Shown: in pieces, positions 1-12,814 of the stretch
Numbering within the stretch: position 1 is the first letter of the stretch
How the letters are laid out: every line of letters starts with the position of its first letter
DNA from: Eledone cirrhosa
Taxonomy: Eukaryota
Assembly (NCBI GenBank): GCA_964016885.1
Contig: OZ024741.1
Location: forward strand, 331,514,001-331,578,000
Length of the DNA: 64,000 nt
Direction of reading: 5' to 3'
Notes under the pieces: model-generated
Databases searched by the model: none
What the model was told of the DNA's origin: nothing
What the model saw: the letters and a program-made list of their open reading frames with translations, nothing else
Position numbers and translations under genes: made by a program

Positions 1-84
1 ATAACATATTGTTAATATGATATCCCTGAAATATATATAATGAAATAAATATGGTTTTATAAATATAGTTTCCATTTATTTAAT

Positions 85-134
<50 letters not shown>

Positions 135-143
135 TAACATTAA

Positions 144-194
144 AGTTTAAGCAAAGAATCGCTGCTTTCACCCTTAACAGGATCTTCTGAAACT
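144..194 (-). ncRNA. Type I hammerhead-like motif with variant core CAGAAGA
   Basis: Minus strand: AGTTT-CAGAAGA-TCCT GTTAA GGGT-GAA-AGCA GCGATTCTT TGCT-T-AAACT; stems I, II and III pair. Confidence 0.6.
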
Positions 195-861
195 AGAAAA
201 AATGAATCTGTAAACGCAGAAGTAAATATTTCGAAAAACGTTGTAGCCAAAGGAAAACAGGAAGATAATACTTTGGTTCGTGAAGACGTTCCCTGGTAAT
301 GAATGGAAAAAAGCAAAGATAATACGTCATTATATAGAGTGATTAGAACAATTAGACGCAAAAACAAAACCACATTTATGGTATAAATGGAGTCATTAGA
401 CTAATATTCTATTTAGGAAACTGAATGATTCTCGGCTTCGGAGTTAAGAATAATTTAAATAAATTAGTTGAACGAAATAAGGTTCATATGTGTCGCGCCG
501 GGATTACATACGTGTTTATATTTATGTGTATGTATATGTATGGCGTCTTTTTTTCGCGTATACACGTGCATGTAAGCATATAGTTGTGTGTTTGTTTATA
601 TTTAATTATTATTACTTTTCTAATTTTAATAATCTCTGTTATTTTCGTTCAACTAACTTATTTACATTATTCTTAACTCCAAAGCCGTGTCTTTGCGTGT
701 AATTGTTCTCATCGCTACACATAACGATGTATCATCTTTGCTTTTTTCCGTTCATTGGCAGGGAACGTCTTCACGAACAAAAGTATCATCTTCCTGTTTT
801 CCTTCGGTTGCAACGTTTTTCGAAATATTTACTTCTGCGTTCACGGATTGATTTTTTTTTT

Positions 862-912
862 AGTTTCAGAAGATCCCATTAAGGGTGAAAGCAGCGATTC
901 TTTGCTTAAATT
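862..912 (+). ncRNA. Type I hammerhead-like motif with variant core CAGAAGA
   Basis: AGTTT-CAGAAGA-TCCC ATTAA GGGT-GAA-AGCA...TGCT-T-AAATT. Confidence 0.6.
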
Positions 913-1044
913 TTAATCTGTTATTTTAATAAATGTTTGCTCTATGGTTCTTATATATTTGATATATATTTATCATTATCGAGCCCTCTTAGAATTTTAG
1001 TCTTCACATTTATTATTATTACTATATATATATCGTGTACATAT

Positions 1045-1312
1045 GAGTGGTTGGTGAAGTGAAAGGAAGAGCATCCAGCTGTGGAAAGATGCTTTAGCTG
1101 TAGTAAGGTTATGATATATTCCCTACTGCTGGTTCTGTGATAAAATGCACCTGGTTCACTCTGTATAATGCAAAGTAGTATAAGCAAGATGGTGCCCTTG
1201 GCCCCATCTGAGAGGCCAGTGGCTCCAATTAAGTACTGACGTGGCTAGAACAGCCCATCAAATACATGCAATCAGAAACAAAAAACGGAGTTTAAATGAT
1301 GATGATGATGAT
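1045..1312 (+). mobile_element. Degenerate SINE/LINE remnant with RTE-type 3' tail
   Basis: GGAAGAGCATCCAGCTGT...AAATGATGATGATG matches the 3' UTR of the RTE at 57580-57730. Confidence 0.6.
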
Positions 1313-1515
1313 AATGACACACACACACATATGTATATGTACACACTCACATATATGTATTTACACACAGTCATAAGCTAAAAAAAACAACAGAAATGAA
1401 TGATTCAATGTTTTTTTTTTGGCTAAATGTTACTCAAAAACTCTGAAATTCGGAATTATGTATGGTATGAGACAAATTCTTCATTTTCAATGACAAAATT
1501 TACTTCATTAATCCC

Positions 1516-1568
<53 letters not shown>

Positions 1569-1949
1569 AACACACACACACACATATAAATACATAGATG
1601 CATATATATGTGTATATATGTATATATATATATACATATAAATATTTTGGTTAGGTTTTTGGACAATTTTTCGGTTTGTTGGCTTGCGCCGAGAATAAGG
1701 CTAGAAAAATCAATAGGCTCTCAACTGAATCAATATTATATGGTATTGATGTCTTTATAAGCTGCTGAAACAATATAATCCCCACCACCATCACAGCCAG
1801 CTTCATATTAGTTCTGAATATTTATACCTTTAATCTGAAGCTTATGCTAACGTGCATGGCAGGCACACAGAAAACTGTCTTTCCAAATACAGTAAAAATA
1901 ATATATAATATAATACAATATAATAATATACTATAGGGAAGCACACACA

Positions 1950-1977
1950 CACATATATATATACATATAATATATTT

Positions 1978-2059
<82 letters not shown>

Positions 2060-2302
2060 TGCATATATATATAAATAATATATGCATATATATATAAATA
2101 ATATATGCATATATATATATATATATATAATATATATGCATATATTTATATATAATATATATGCAAATATATTTATATATAATATATATGCACATATATC
2201 ATCATATATATATATATATATATATAATATATGCATATATTATATATATATATATATGGATATATATGGGTGTATATGTATGTATATATGTGTGTGTATG
2301 TA

Positions 2303-2393
<91 letters not shown>

Positions 2394-2486
2394 GTACATA
2401 CACACACATATATACATATGTACATACACACACATATATACATACATATACACCCATGCATATATATAGATAATATATATATGCAC

Positions 2487-2573
<87 letters not shown>

Positions 2574-2580
2574 CATATCT
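1950..2580. repeat. (TA)n/(CA)n compound microsatellite with internal inverted duplication
   Basis: Direct reading; the overlapping YIYI ORFs are artefacts. Confidence 0.95.
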
Positions 2581-3034
2581 CCACACATATACAAGAATAC
2601 ATATATTATTGTCTTAGGATTTCCTAAGACAAACTTTTAATAAATATTCTTTTTCCGGTCACTTCAACTCTCGGACCATTAGAATATTGGTTAATTTCCT
2701 TCTATTTCTTCTTCTTAGAAACACAGCTGCTTCTAAAATATATATGAGATTCCTTTCACAGTTCACAGTGTCTTTGGATAACTCAATTGTTTTTAGCAGA
2801 ATCAGTCATTCCATTGCTCTCAATCTCAAATCATTTTGCTATCACACTATAGACAAAAGACCGTCCCTGACAATGTTCTGCTGCATATTAGTTATTGGTG
2901 ACATCCTGTCTGCCTGGTTTTCTGTTTCACTGGCTGTCTGTCTATCTGTCTGTCTGTCTATCTATCTATCTGTCTATCTCTCTCTCTCTATATATATATA
3001 TATGTCAATCTGTCTGTCCATCCATCTATAAATG

Positions 3035-3163
<129 letters not shown>

Positions 3164-3431
3164 ATATTCCTGACCCATGCGTTTAGAATACGTTTTTACT
3201 GATTCAAAGAAGGTCTGGCACATGTTAGTTGAAGAGACAATCTACCAATGTTTTCTACTGTTGGTTGTAGAATAATTTCAAGAACATTTATGAAATACAT
3301 GAATTTTCTGTAGTTGATTCTTTGCAATGCAACATTCTCTACCTATTACATATGGTTTCTACAGGAATCTTGGAAGTATTACTGCTTGGAATGAAGAGTT
3401 AATTATTTTGCATACGCCATAAAACAAGTGA

Positions 3432-3740
3432 AGATGGCGAATTGGTAGAGCCCTTAGAACATCGGATAAAATGCTTTGCATTATTCATTTTGGCTTACTG
3501 ATCTTTAAGTTCAAATCCCACTGAGATCAACTTTGCTTTCATCCATTCGAGTTGATAAGAAAAGTACCAGTCAAGTACTAGGGTTGATTCTTCCTGTATA
3601 TCTTTTTCTCACTTCACTTCCATCCTCTCCTCTTGAAGAAATCTGCTGTATTCAGACATGGAGAGAAGGGCTCTGACAGGTTTAAAAAGTGCCCTAGAAA
3701 CTATGACTCCCTCAAGAGTTACAGGACCATGCATGCATAC
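3432..3740 (+). mobile_element. tRNA-headed SINE (Meta-domain-like), long-tail subfamily
   Basis: A-box-like TGGTAGAG, B-box GTTCAAATCC, core CAACTTTGCTTTCATCC..GATAA..AAGTACCAG; tail shared with 29601-29942 and 61705-61998. Confidence 0.8.
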
Positions 3741-4017
3741 AAGTTCAGGCTATAAAACTGTCTGAAACTGTCTCTGATTTTATGATAAAAAAACTGTTTG
3801 TTTTAAAATGTTTATATTTACTTTAAAAACTATCCATCATAAATTTTATGTAAAAATATTTATTAGGATAGATGAAGTAGAGGAAGACCTGCTCAAACCT
3901 TCATCCATCAGATAATAAAAACCTCAGTAAGGAGCATTTGTGGGAGCAATAGAAAATCAAGAATTGTGGAAAGACTTTGTCAGGAATGTTCAACTGTGAT
4001 CACAATAATGATACTAG

Positions 4018-4178
4018 TATCAGTAGAGCATCAGACAACATGCTTTGCAGCATATAGTTACGGCTCTTTGCATTCTGAGTTAAAATCTCGCCTTTGCCTG
4101 TCATTATTACAGTGTCAATTAAATAAAGTACCAGTAATGCACTGGGTAAGTGCTGGCCTTGTGCCAAAAGTAGAAATA
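4018..4178 (+). mobile_element. tRNA-headed SINE, degenerate copy
   Basis: Similar to 4913-5098 (AAAGTACCAGTAAT..CTGGCCTTGTGCCAAAAGTAGAAA). Confidence 0.7.
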
Positions 4179-4200
4179 ATAATATTTATTATTATTATTA

Positions 4201-4240
4201 CTAGCAGAAAAACCACCCTTCGGGTGGTTTTCTGCTAGCA
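4201..4240 (-). mobile_element. Helitron-like 3' terminus (hairpin + CTAG|T)
   Basis: Minus strand ACCACCC-GAA-GGGTGGT hairpin a few nt upstream of CTAG followed by T. Confidence 0.45.
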
Positions 4241-4912
4241 TGTGCAGTGTGCATATTGATATTAGCCTCGCCATCACCTGAGGTAACACTGCAAGTGTCT
4301 TGGCTTGCCTCTAAAATCATTTGAGAGGTTGCCCAGTACTCCTCGCTACTGTCTTTTGCTCTGGTGGTGGCTCGGTTGTTCACCCCTTCCTTTACATTTT
4401 CTTTAATATTGCAACATTAAAGGAATATATCCTTCTGATATAATCGCGAGCAATTTATAATGTTATCTAAGCATTTGTAATGTTATTTATGTATATATTT
4501 AAAACATATTTGTTATGTTATTCTACTGTAAATTTATTTATATGCTTTGTATATATCATGTGTTCATATTTTCACTCCCATTTGTAACGTTATTTAATAA
4601 AATAAAAATATATATGCATGTAGATATGATACATCAAATAAAATCATAATTGACAATATACACAGAAATTGAACGAAGACTGCGTTACACTGTCTTATGT
4701 AATCAGTAACCTAATCCATGATACATTAAAAAAAGTTGATATTATATATAAACTGCATTAAGAGATAATCAGTGATGGAAATATATGAATGTTTATTTAA
4801 GCGATCGCTAAAGTGTTGACATTTGAAAATTTTAAAGAAGTGAATCTTTAAATAAACAATAAAATATATTTAATCAACAGCTACGAAATTTAAAGTATGT
4901 AATATTCATTCA

Positions 4913-5098
4913 TTGAATTGGCAGTATCGGTAGAGGGTCAGACATGCTTTCCAGCATAGTTACGTCCCTTTACGATCTGAGTTCAAATCCCGTCGAGGTT
5001 AACTTTGCCTTTCATCCTTATGAGGTCGATGTCGATAAAATAAAGTACCAGTAATGTACTGGGTTATTGCTGGCCTTGTGCCAAAAGCAGAAACAATT
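4913..5098 (+). mobile_element. tRNA-headed SINE (Meta-domain-like)
   Basis: GAATTGGCAGTATCGGTAGAG...GAGTTCAAATCCCG...AACTTTGCCTTTCATCC...GTCGATAAAATAAAGTACCAG; many copies in the window. Confidence 0.85.
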
Positions 5099-5216
5099 AT
5101 TTATTCAAAGTAATCCAACTTATTTTACTAACTGGATTAAAAGAAATAAACCATACGCAGTCCCACACTCCTTTCTTTATTATAGTTTAAATTATTATTA
5201 TTATTATTATTATTAT

Positions 5217-6173
5217 TTTTTGAGTCTCAGTCATTGATGTTAGTTAACTGGAAAGTTTGTTGAAATGAATATCAAGCCACTACCTGCAGCCTCAGATATT
5301 CAGGACGTATCGGAGGGTTCTTGCTGTTCCCAGCAAGCATGCCTTTTGAAGCGTTCCAAAAAGCGTGAAGGGGCCAATTTTCTTTAACCATCCCTGGAAA
5401 CTTTTTGAGATAGTCCCTAGTGCGCCTATGACAATCGGGATCACTTTGACTTCATGGCAGTTCCAAATCCTTTTTACCTCCCACTTTAAGTCCTGGTATC
5501 GGTTAATTTTCTCCCTCTCCTTCTTTTGTACTCTCGTGTCGAATGGGCAGGCCACATCCACAATCAGGCACGATCTTTTTTCTATGTCCAAAACCACCAG
5601 GTCAGGTCTATTGTGTTCCAGTTTCTTGTCCGTCTGTATCCTAAAATCCCACAGCACCTTCACCTGATCGTTTTCTATCACCGACTCTGGCTTATGCTCA
5701 TACCACTTCTCAGAATGTGGTAAATTGTTTACTTTGCATAGGTGCCAGTGGATCACCCTGCCCATCACATCATGTCTCCAGCCCTTATAGTGAGTCTGGG
5801 CTAGGTGTTTACACTCAGATACAATGTGAGCCACAGTCTCCTCTCTCTCTCCACAGATCCTGCACAGTGGGCTAGCCTCCTCCTTGTAAATGTGGTGTTT
5901 CAACCACTTCGTTTTGAGGGCCTGTTCCTGCGCAGCCATTAACATTCCTTCTGTAGCCTTTTTAAGGTCTCCTCTTTTCAACCAGTTCCATGTCTGTGAA
6001 TCTCTAAATTCAGTTTTCTCAAAGAAGGTACTATGAAGGGATTTTTCCTGAAGGCTGCTCTTTCTCCTTGATGTTATTTCCTCCTTGGACAACCCCTGGC
6101 CTATTGTCCCCTCCTTCAGTACAGTTCTGAGCATTGGCTCCTTACTATCAGTCACGTATTTTTTGTGACTGAT

Positions 6174-6177
<4 letters not shown>
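5217..6177 (-). mobile_element. 5'-truncated R4/Dong-like non-LTR retrotransposon inserted in (TAA)n
   Basis: Restriction-like endonuclease C-terminus; (TAA)n at 5192-5216 and 6176-6243. Confidence 0.85.
5292..6175 (-). CDS. C-terminal part of RLE-type non-LTR ORF (CCHC knuckle + PD..D endonuclease)
   Basis: CRICGEREETVAHIVSEC, RH, WDFRIQTD, NRPDLVV..VDV, EREK..RY, IVIGALG; the upstream poly-T/poly-N in the ORF track is microsatellite. Confidence 0.85.
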
Positions 6178-6243
<66 letters not shown>

Positions 6244-6974
6244 GTAGTAGTAGTAGTAGTAGTAAATTCTGTGAGGTCAACTTCAACTTTTATGCTTCTC
6301 TGGTCAATAAAACCAGTACCAGTTACATACTTTGTTGATGGAATCGATTTTCTCCCTCCCCACACAAATTGTTGTCCTTGTACTTAAAGTAAAAAAACTG
6401 TATGATGATGGTATAATATCAGTGAGCCCTGGGACCCAGGGGACAATATATTACTATGACAGAATAACGTTTATTATCCGATTAGACAGACAAAAACATG
6501 AAATGTCTCATGATAGAAACAAGCTTTGGAAAGGAATTTCACATCATTTCTTTCCCTCTCTTTCTCTTTCACACCCTTCTTCCCCTCCTACTCTTCTCCT
6601 CCCGCTCTCTCTTTCTCATTCTCATGCTTCTCCTCCTCCTCTTTCTCTCATTCACATCCTCATCTTTATCTCTTTCCTCTCTTTCTATCGCATCTGCATC
6701 TTTCTTTCTCTCCTCTCCCTTTTACATCCTCATTTTTATCTCTCTCATCCCACTTTCTCTCTTTCTCTTTCACATCTCATCATTATCTTTTTCTGTTACA
6801 TCCACATCCTTCTCTCTAACTCACTCATTTTTCTCTCTCTTCATGTCACACCCTCTTCTTTATCTCTCTCTCTCTCTCTCCTCTCTATACACACTTGGCT
6901 ATTGCATCACCCCAGCCTCACTATCACCTGCGGTAATGCAGTAATGCTGTCAATGTTTTAGGTTGAATCATATA

Positions 6975-7140
6975 TTTCTGGAGGACCAGCCTGGCATTCC
7001 TCCTGTTGTTGTATATGTAACTGAAGGAGTGAGAATTAGCGAACAACTCCAGCATTTCTCTGTTATTGTGTATGTAACTGAGGGAGGGAGTTTTAGAGGA
7101 CAAACCCAATATTGCCCTGTTGTAGTGTGGGTGACGGAAG
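6975..7140. repeat. Diverged ~58-bp minisatellite units
   Basis: GTTGT..GTATGTAACTGA.GGAG.GAG..TT.AG..GACAAACCCA units homologous to the array at 7510-7910. Confidence 0.7.
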
Positions 7141-7338
7141 ATGTACGTATCAGCTGAAAAGTTCATAGGTTCACTATAAAGGAGTGATGCTAGAACTGTG
7201 AAATCTTGCATTAATTTCAACTCTTCTTATTAATAACTGCGTTGTTTCTTTATAGGGACTATGTTGAAAAATAAACCTCATTTGGTCATTCCATGAGAGT
7301 ATCTTGGTCAGCCTATGAAATTTTCAGCTGACCTTCAT
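7140..7338. mobile_element. Mariner-type MITE
   Basis: TIR CAGCTGAAAAGTTCATAGG / CCTATGAAATTTTCAGCTGACCTTCATA; second copy at 28078-28294. Confidence 0.75.
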
Positions 7339-7509
7339 ATGTGTGTGTGTGTGTGAATTGCATCATTAATCTAATCAGAAACACTCTTTAGTGTTTTGGT
7401 CCAAAGGAGTCAGAAATATGCAATCTGAATTGCCATCTATTTGTCTCAAGTGCAAATTCTTATTACTTAACATTATGCATAAAATATTGTTGTCTTAAAA
7501 CTCACATCC

Positions 7510-7910
7510 CTACAGGACCAACCTAGCATTGCCCCTGTTGTAGTGTAACTGAGAGAGTAAGAATTTCTAGAAGACAAACCCAGAATTTCTTTGTTGTAGT
7601 GTATAACTGACAGAGTGAGAATTTCTAGAAGACAAACCCAGAATTTCTCTGTTGTAGTGTAACTGAGAGAGTAAGAATTTCTAGAAGACAAACCCAGAAT
7701 TTCTTTGTTGTAGTGTATAACTGACAGAGTGAGAATTTCTAGAAGACAAACCCAGAATTTCTCTGTTGTAGTGTAACTGAGAGAGTAAGAATTTCTAGAA
7801 GACAAACCCAGAATTTCTTTGTTGTAGTGTATAACTGAGAGAGTAAGAAGTTCTAGAAGACAAACCCAGAATTTCCCTGTAGTAGTGTATGTAACTAAGG
7901 GAGTAAGCAT
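7510..7910. repeat. Minisatellite of alternating 56/58-bp units (114-bp dimer)
   Basis: GTTGTAGTGT(AT)AACTGA(G/C)AGAGT(A/G)AGAATTTCTAGAAGACAAACCCAGAATTTCT(T/C)T repeated about 6 times. Confidence 0.95.
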
Positions 7911-8861
7911 GGTCACTCCTTTTTGTTTTCTTTCTGACTCATTTTTTTTTTTATTGATTTGCTTCTTTTGTAAATCATATTCATTATATAAATTGTACTT
8001 ATGTCCTAAATAAAATATTACACAGAAGAGAGGAAAAAACAAATTATATTTAAGTGAAACTACATTGTCATTATTGTATAGGCAATGCATTTAATACCGA
8101 TATGCTTTGAGGTGTTATTTTTGAGTCATACACCATTTATGTTCTTGCAAAACAGTATACATATATATATATATATACACATGCACATATCTAGGCACAT
8201 ACATATATGCATGCTTATATACATATACACTTACATACATATATATACCTACATACATATATATATATATACATACATACATGCTTACATACATATAAAC
8301 ATATATACATACACAGACACATGCACACAACACATACAGGCACATACACACATAACACATGCACACACACATACACACACAGTCACATGCATACAGAGAC
8401 AAATACACATACACACACATAGACACACACAGACAAAACACACACAGCTACATAGACACACACACACATACACACGCACATTAGCATTAAACTAACAACA
8501 TTAATCATAATTTGTTTTTGTCTGATTCTGTGAGTATACAGCTGAAACTCCTGAGCAACAAAACTCATCACTTTGCCATAATATAGAATAGTTGTATGTA
8601 TGTATTGTGTTGTATGTATGTAACATGTATGTAACATGGCCACTGTCACCATGCCAACAATGAAATCATATCCGCTCTCTTGCTCTGGAACCCTGACTCC
8701 AGCCTGACTAGGAGTAGGAAGCTGTCATTCCCTGACGTTATCTCTAGGGATACGGGAATCAGTAGACAGGACCTGGGGGTAGCGATGGGGGACAGGGAAT
8801 TCTGGGGCATGAGAGTGAGATCCATCATCTCGACAGTAGTCGACGAATGATGATGATGATG

Positions 8862-9390
8862 ATGTAACATGTAACCCAGTACAACCTGTCGTATGGTCGG
8901 GTCGTCGGCGACTAAACTGGCAACCCCACCAAGTTTACTTGGTGAAGGAGGGTGATTTTGGACACCCTGCGGGACAAAAAGCAAAACCTTACAAAGAGCG
9001 GAAGAACTCATAAGAGACAAACGGGCATCCGAAAGTGTGTAAATATGTATATACACATGTATATATGTGTGTATGTACATGTATACATATGTATATATAT
9101 ATATGCGTGGGGACAGAAATAATTGGACTGGATACCCAATTACGTGGTTAAATCACTGGGAGTGAAGGACCCCTAGCCTTTGTCAGGGCATTTTTCTAGG
9201 AGAAGGCAACTCAGGAAACTGGGATAACTCTGATATAAAACCTGTGGCTCAGTAGTTACATATGATGTTGATCTTTTCTTCTTTTCAGGTTATAGCTAGT
9301 GTCGCTCAGAGAGTGGGATTGGCTCAGTGCACAGTCTTTCCTCACTTTAAAAAAAATCTTTATGTACAGGCATTGCACGATAGCGTTAAT
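8862..9390 (+). mobile_element. Non-autonomous structured repeat (RTE 5'UTR-like motif), interrupted by microsatellite
   Basis: Homologous to 19484-20040, 22700-23303 and 63385-63582; TCTAGGAGAAGG motif. Confidence 0.65.
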
Positions 9391-9939
9391 TAATAATTAT
9401 TAATAATGGTATATCGTGCAATGGCCATGCTCAATAATGAGGGGGCAGCCATCATGTATGTATGTATGTATGTATGTGTGTGTATGTGTGTATTCATTTA
9501 TGTATGTATGTGTATGTATGTATGGACATATGTATGTATATATATATATATATATGTAAGTATGTATGTATATATGTATATATATATGAATGTATGTATG
9601 TATGTATATATATATGTATGTATACAAGTATGTATCATTGAAAAATGACAAAAATGATTTTTCTGATGGTTTGTTATTCTTTAATAATGATGTGTTTAAT
9701 GAATAACAATCATGAAAAAGCCATTCTTATAATTTTTCAAATATATTTTACTGTAACAAAGATTTGTCCACACACACAGTTATAGATAAAGTAGTATAGT
9801 TAATATGAAACATTGTGAGATATGTAATAAAAGACTGATAGGTTTCAGAAAGCTGGTTCAGTGTGGTAGAAATATATAAAGGGTAAAGGATGACAAATAA
9901 AACAAAACCAAATTATGTTTTTATCCAATATATTTCAAC

Positions 9940-10562
9940 ATCTATTTAAATATGTATACAGCTATGGTACGACCACACTTGGAATTCGCATCATCAGTCT
10001 GGAACCCCTATCTTGCTCAGAACATTGACCTCCTGGAAACTGTTCAGAGACGTGCAACCAAGCGCATACCCTCCATCAGACACCTACCATACTCTGAACG
10101 CCTTGCTTCCCTGGGCATGGATTCATTGAAGCTCCAATGTCTGGCAATGGACTTGGTAAACACCCACAAAGTTATTAACCATCTTGCCAACAACAACCCT
10201 GAGCACCTTTTTGATCTCCATATGTCTAACACACGTGGACATGCCTACAAAATCAGAAAACAGCACAGCTCCCATGACTTTCTGAAATATTTTTTCACGC
10301 TCAGAGTTGTTGAAGCATGGAACAAACTGCCTGCGTCAGTTGTTAGCTGTCAAGATACTGCATCCTTTAAAACCCTCATGCTTCCCAAAATTCACCAAAA
10401 CTACACCTGATGTACCCCTTCCATACACATGCACACATGTGTATATCATGACTCATGCACTGTTCATTTTCCTGACGTTTGTACATTACCCTATGTACTA
10501 TACATACACTTTTTGATGAGTTGTAGTGCACCTGAGCACTGTACACAATATTTCATTATTAT
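9940..10562 (+). mobile_element. CR1-clade LINE 3' fragment (ORF 9952-10410 plus 3'UTR)
   Basis: VRPHLEFASSVWNPY..LETVQRRATK, TRGH, FFTLRVVEAWNKLP; ends in (ATT)n. Confidence 0.9.
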
Positions 10563-10898
10563 TATAATATTTCAGGGTTAAAACACTTTTTTCAAAAACA
10601 AAAACAAAAAAAAATGAATTATTATTAAACAATAGTTTAGAGCTGCAGGGAGCAGTGTGTTTCCTATGATTGCTCCACACACACCCAATTCAGACACTTA
10701 GACCAGTCAGAGAAGAACATGTCGATTGTTGATTTTTGTTTTGCATCATATTTTGTTTTTGCATTTGAAAAGAGTGTTTTAACCCTGAAATATCATGTTG
10801 AAATATACTGTGTAAAAACATTACTTTGTTGTGATTTATTTGTCATCCTTTGCCATTTATATATTTCTACCACATTGTATAGGCTTTCTGAAATACTT

Positions 10899-10928
<30 letters not shown>

Positions 10929-10929
<1 letters not shown>

Positions 10930-11115
10930 ACAAAGGAATTGTGGTAAGGAACTAGATGGACCATAACGCACCAGAGTACTCAATACTTAGGGTAGTAGAG
11001 TGGGAAATAGGAAAAAGTATGACCCCGATGGCAGAGCTCAATCCATTTCGATGGCTATTTCTGGAAATAGCCATCGAAACGGCTTGAGCTCTGCCGTCGG
11101 GGTCATACTTTTTCC

Positions 11116-11118
<3 letters not shown>
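10929..11118 (-). mobile_element. Fold-back element family B (palindrome centred on hammerhead stem II plus tail), copy 1
   Basis: Palindrome 11007-11118; arm reads GAA-ACGGC TTGAGCTCT GCCGT-C-GGGGTC; tail 10929-11006; TA flanks; copies at 18231 and 34272. Confidence 0.75.
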
Positions 11119-11146
<28 letters not shown>

Positions 11147-12029
11147 TGTTCATGACCTAATAGAATGAAATCTGTAGTATATGTTTTTTGTTTCTTTTGA
11201 AACAGACAGTAATAATTTAGAATCAAAATAGATAACTATCAACCATAATGGTATATATTCATGCATATCATTTATGTAACTCTTTGAAATTTACACAAAC
11301 AGAATACATTTCTTTACTTAGTCATGTTGCTACAATAAGAAGGCTTTCAATCACAAATTCCTGGGTTCTAACAATACATTTGTCCCTGTAAATTGTTATT
11401 TCTCCAGAGTTACTCATATATTTAATACAGCATACCATTTATACATATATGTTGAAAATGTATGTAATTAAATCCTAGAAATAAATTATTCAAATATTAT
11501 TCTTTCCTTTAACCACTTCCACGTGTCAGTAATCACAAAAAACAACAATAGGGTTCCTTTTATGCGGACCATTAATTTACCAAAACACAAATTTGTATGA
11601 GATTTTATTTATCCAATAATCCTGGTATACATGGCATACCAATTCTGGACTCCAAAAATTAAATACATTCAATGTTATTTCCATTTTTATTGAAGGCAGA
11701 GATTTCACAAGTTTCATAGAATTTGTCAACTTGCAGTTGGGAGAATTCAAAGCAAAATTCACTAAACTCAATTAAAAAGTTGAACATTTCAACCTCTTAT
11801 CCTTCATCTAAAAAGAGAAAACTCATGGTTTCTCCAAGGTTGTGACCAAAAACTATTGATAAGTAGCATAAGTTGTGACTTTTGTCATCTTAACCCTTTC
11901 ATTACAAATTTATAATGAAAGGCGTTGCCTGTAGTTTTCAAATAAGATAGAATATTATCAAAATTAGGCAAGATTTATTAAATTAAGCTTGGTTTTGGAA
12001 TGTAACTTACCAAAGGTTCTCTGGTAAAA

Positions 12030-12220
12030 TAATTGTTTCTACTTTTGGAACAAGGCCAGCAATTACCCAGTGTATTACTGGTACTTTATTTTATCGATCC
12101 TATAAGGATGAAAGGCAAAGTTAACCTCGGCGGGATTTGAACTCAAAATGGCAAGGGCCGTAACACTATGTGTCAAAGCATGACGTCCGACCCTCTACCG
12201 ATAGTGCCAATCCACCGCCA
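12030..12220 (-). mobile_element. tRNA-headed SINE (Meta-domain-like)
   Basis: Reverse-complement match to 4913-5098 and 33197-33385. Confidence 0.85.
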
Positions 12221-12814
12221 GTTCTTTGGTAAAATAATGATGGAAAGTTATTTGATAAATATAAATACTTTAACCCTTTCCATTCCGTGTTTCTAATGAC
12301 AGGCACTGCTTATGATTTTTAATTTTGAAAAATTATGATGGAAAGAATCTAGATAAATCTAAATATTTTAAAACAAGCAGTTTAGTATCATAAAACCAGG
12401 GGTAGTTTCAGGCAGTTTATTGTATTAATAGGGTTAAAGAGAAAGTTTTAGTTTATATATGAGCATTTTGAAAATAGGCAGTTTTATGTCATAGAATCAG
12501 AAGTAGTTTCAGCTAGTAAGGTTAAGAAGAAAATTGTGCAGTTGAAGACAGCAAGTAGGTCAAAACAGTTGATTTGTGGCACAGTTTAACAGCTTGCAGC
12601 ATGCAACGAATTGTTTGTCACTTATCTCTGGTTTTAACAACAGAAGTTTTGATCAGATGTTGACAGAAAGTCATTTATTTTGAGGGATATTTGCAATTAT
12701 GTGTGTGTATATATGTGTGTATGTTTGTGAGTACACACGCACATACACATATAAATGAGTATGTCTATGTGTGTATAAATGTATATAATTTATATACATT
12801 CATATATATATCAT

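Larger units (their letters stand above)
130..1022 (+). mobile_element. Fold-back hammerhead-bearing non-autonomous element, family A (Penelope-like pLTR derivative), copy 1
   Basis: Inverted arms at ~130-480 and ~640-930, unpaired tail 930-1022, (TA)n on both sides; second copy at 52895-53670 with the same tail. Confidence 0.8.

Noticed and set aside
1822-2627. ORFs rich in YI/CV/HT/SL dipeptides here and throughout the window
   Set aside because: Translations of dinucleotide microsatellites
2609-2632. Hairpin TTGTCTTAGGA-TT-TCCTAAGACAA
   Set aside because: No flanking ribozyme core or second copy
6176-6365. Poly-T/poly-N N-terminus of the 357-aa ORF
   Set aside because: In-frame (TAA)/(TAG) microsatellite plus a SINE fragment, not part of the LINE protein
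7473-8090. 205-aa repetitive ORF or CRISPR-like array
   Set aside because: Tandem minisatellite with no unique spacers and no cas genes
11470-11780. Possible exon
   Set aside because: Stops in candidate frames; the left part resembles 40905-41005, so it is probably an old repeat
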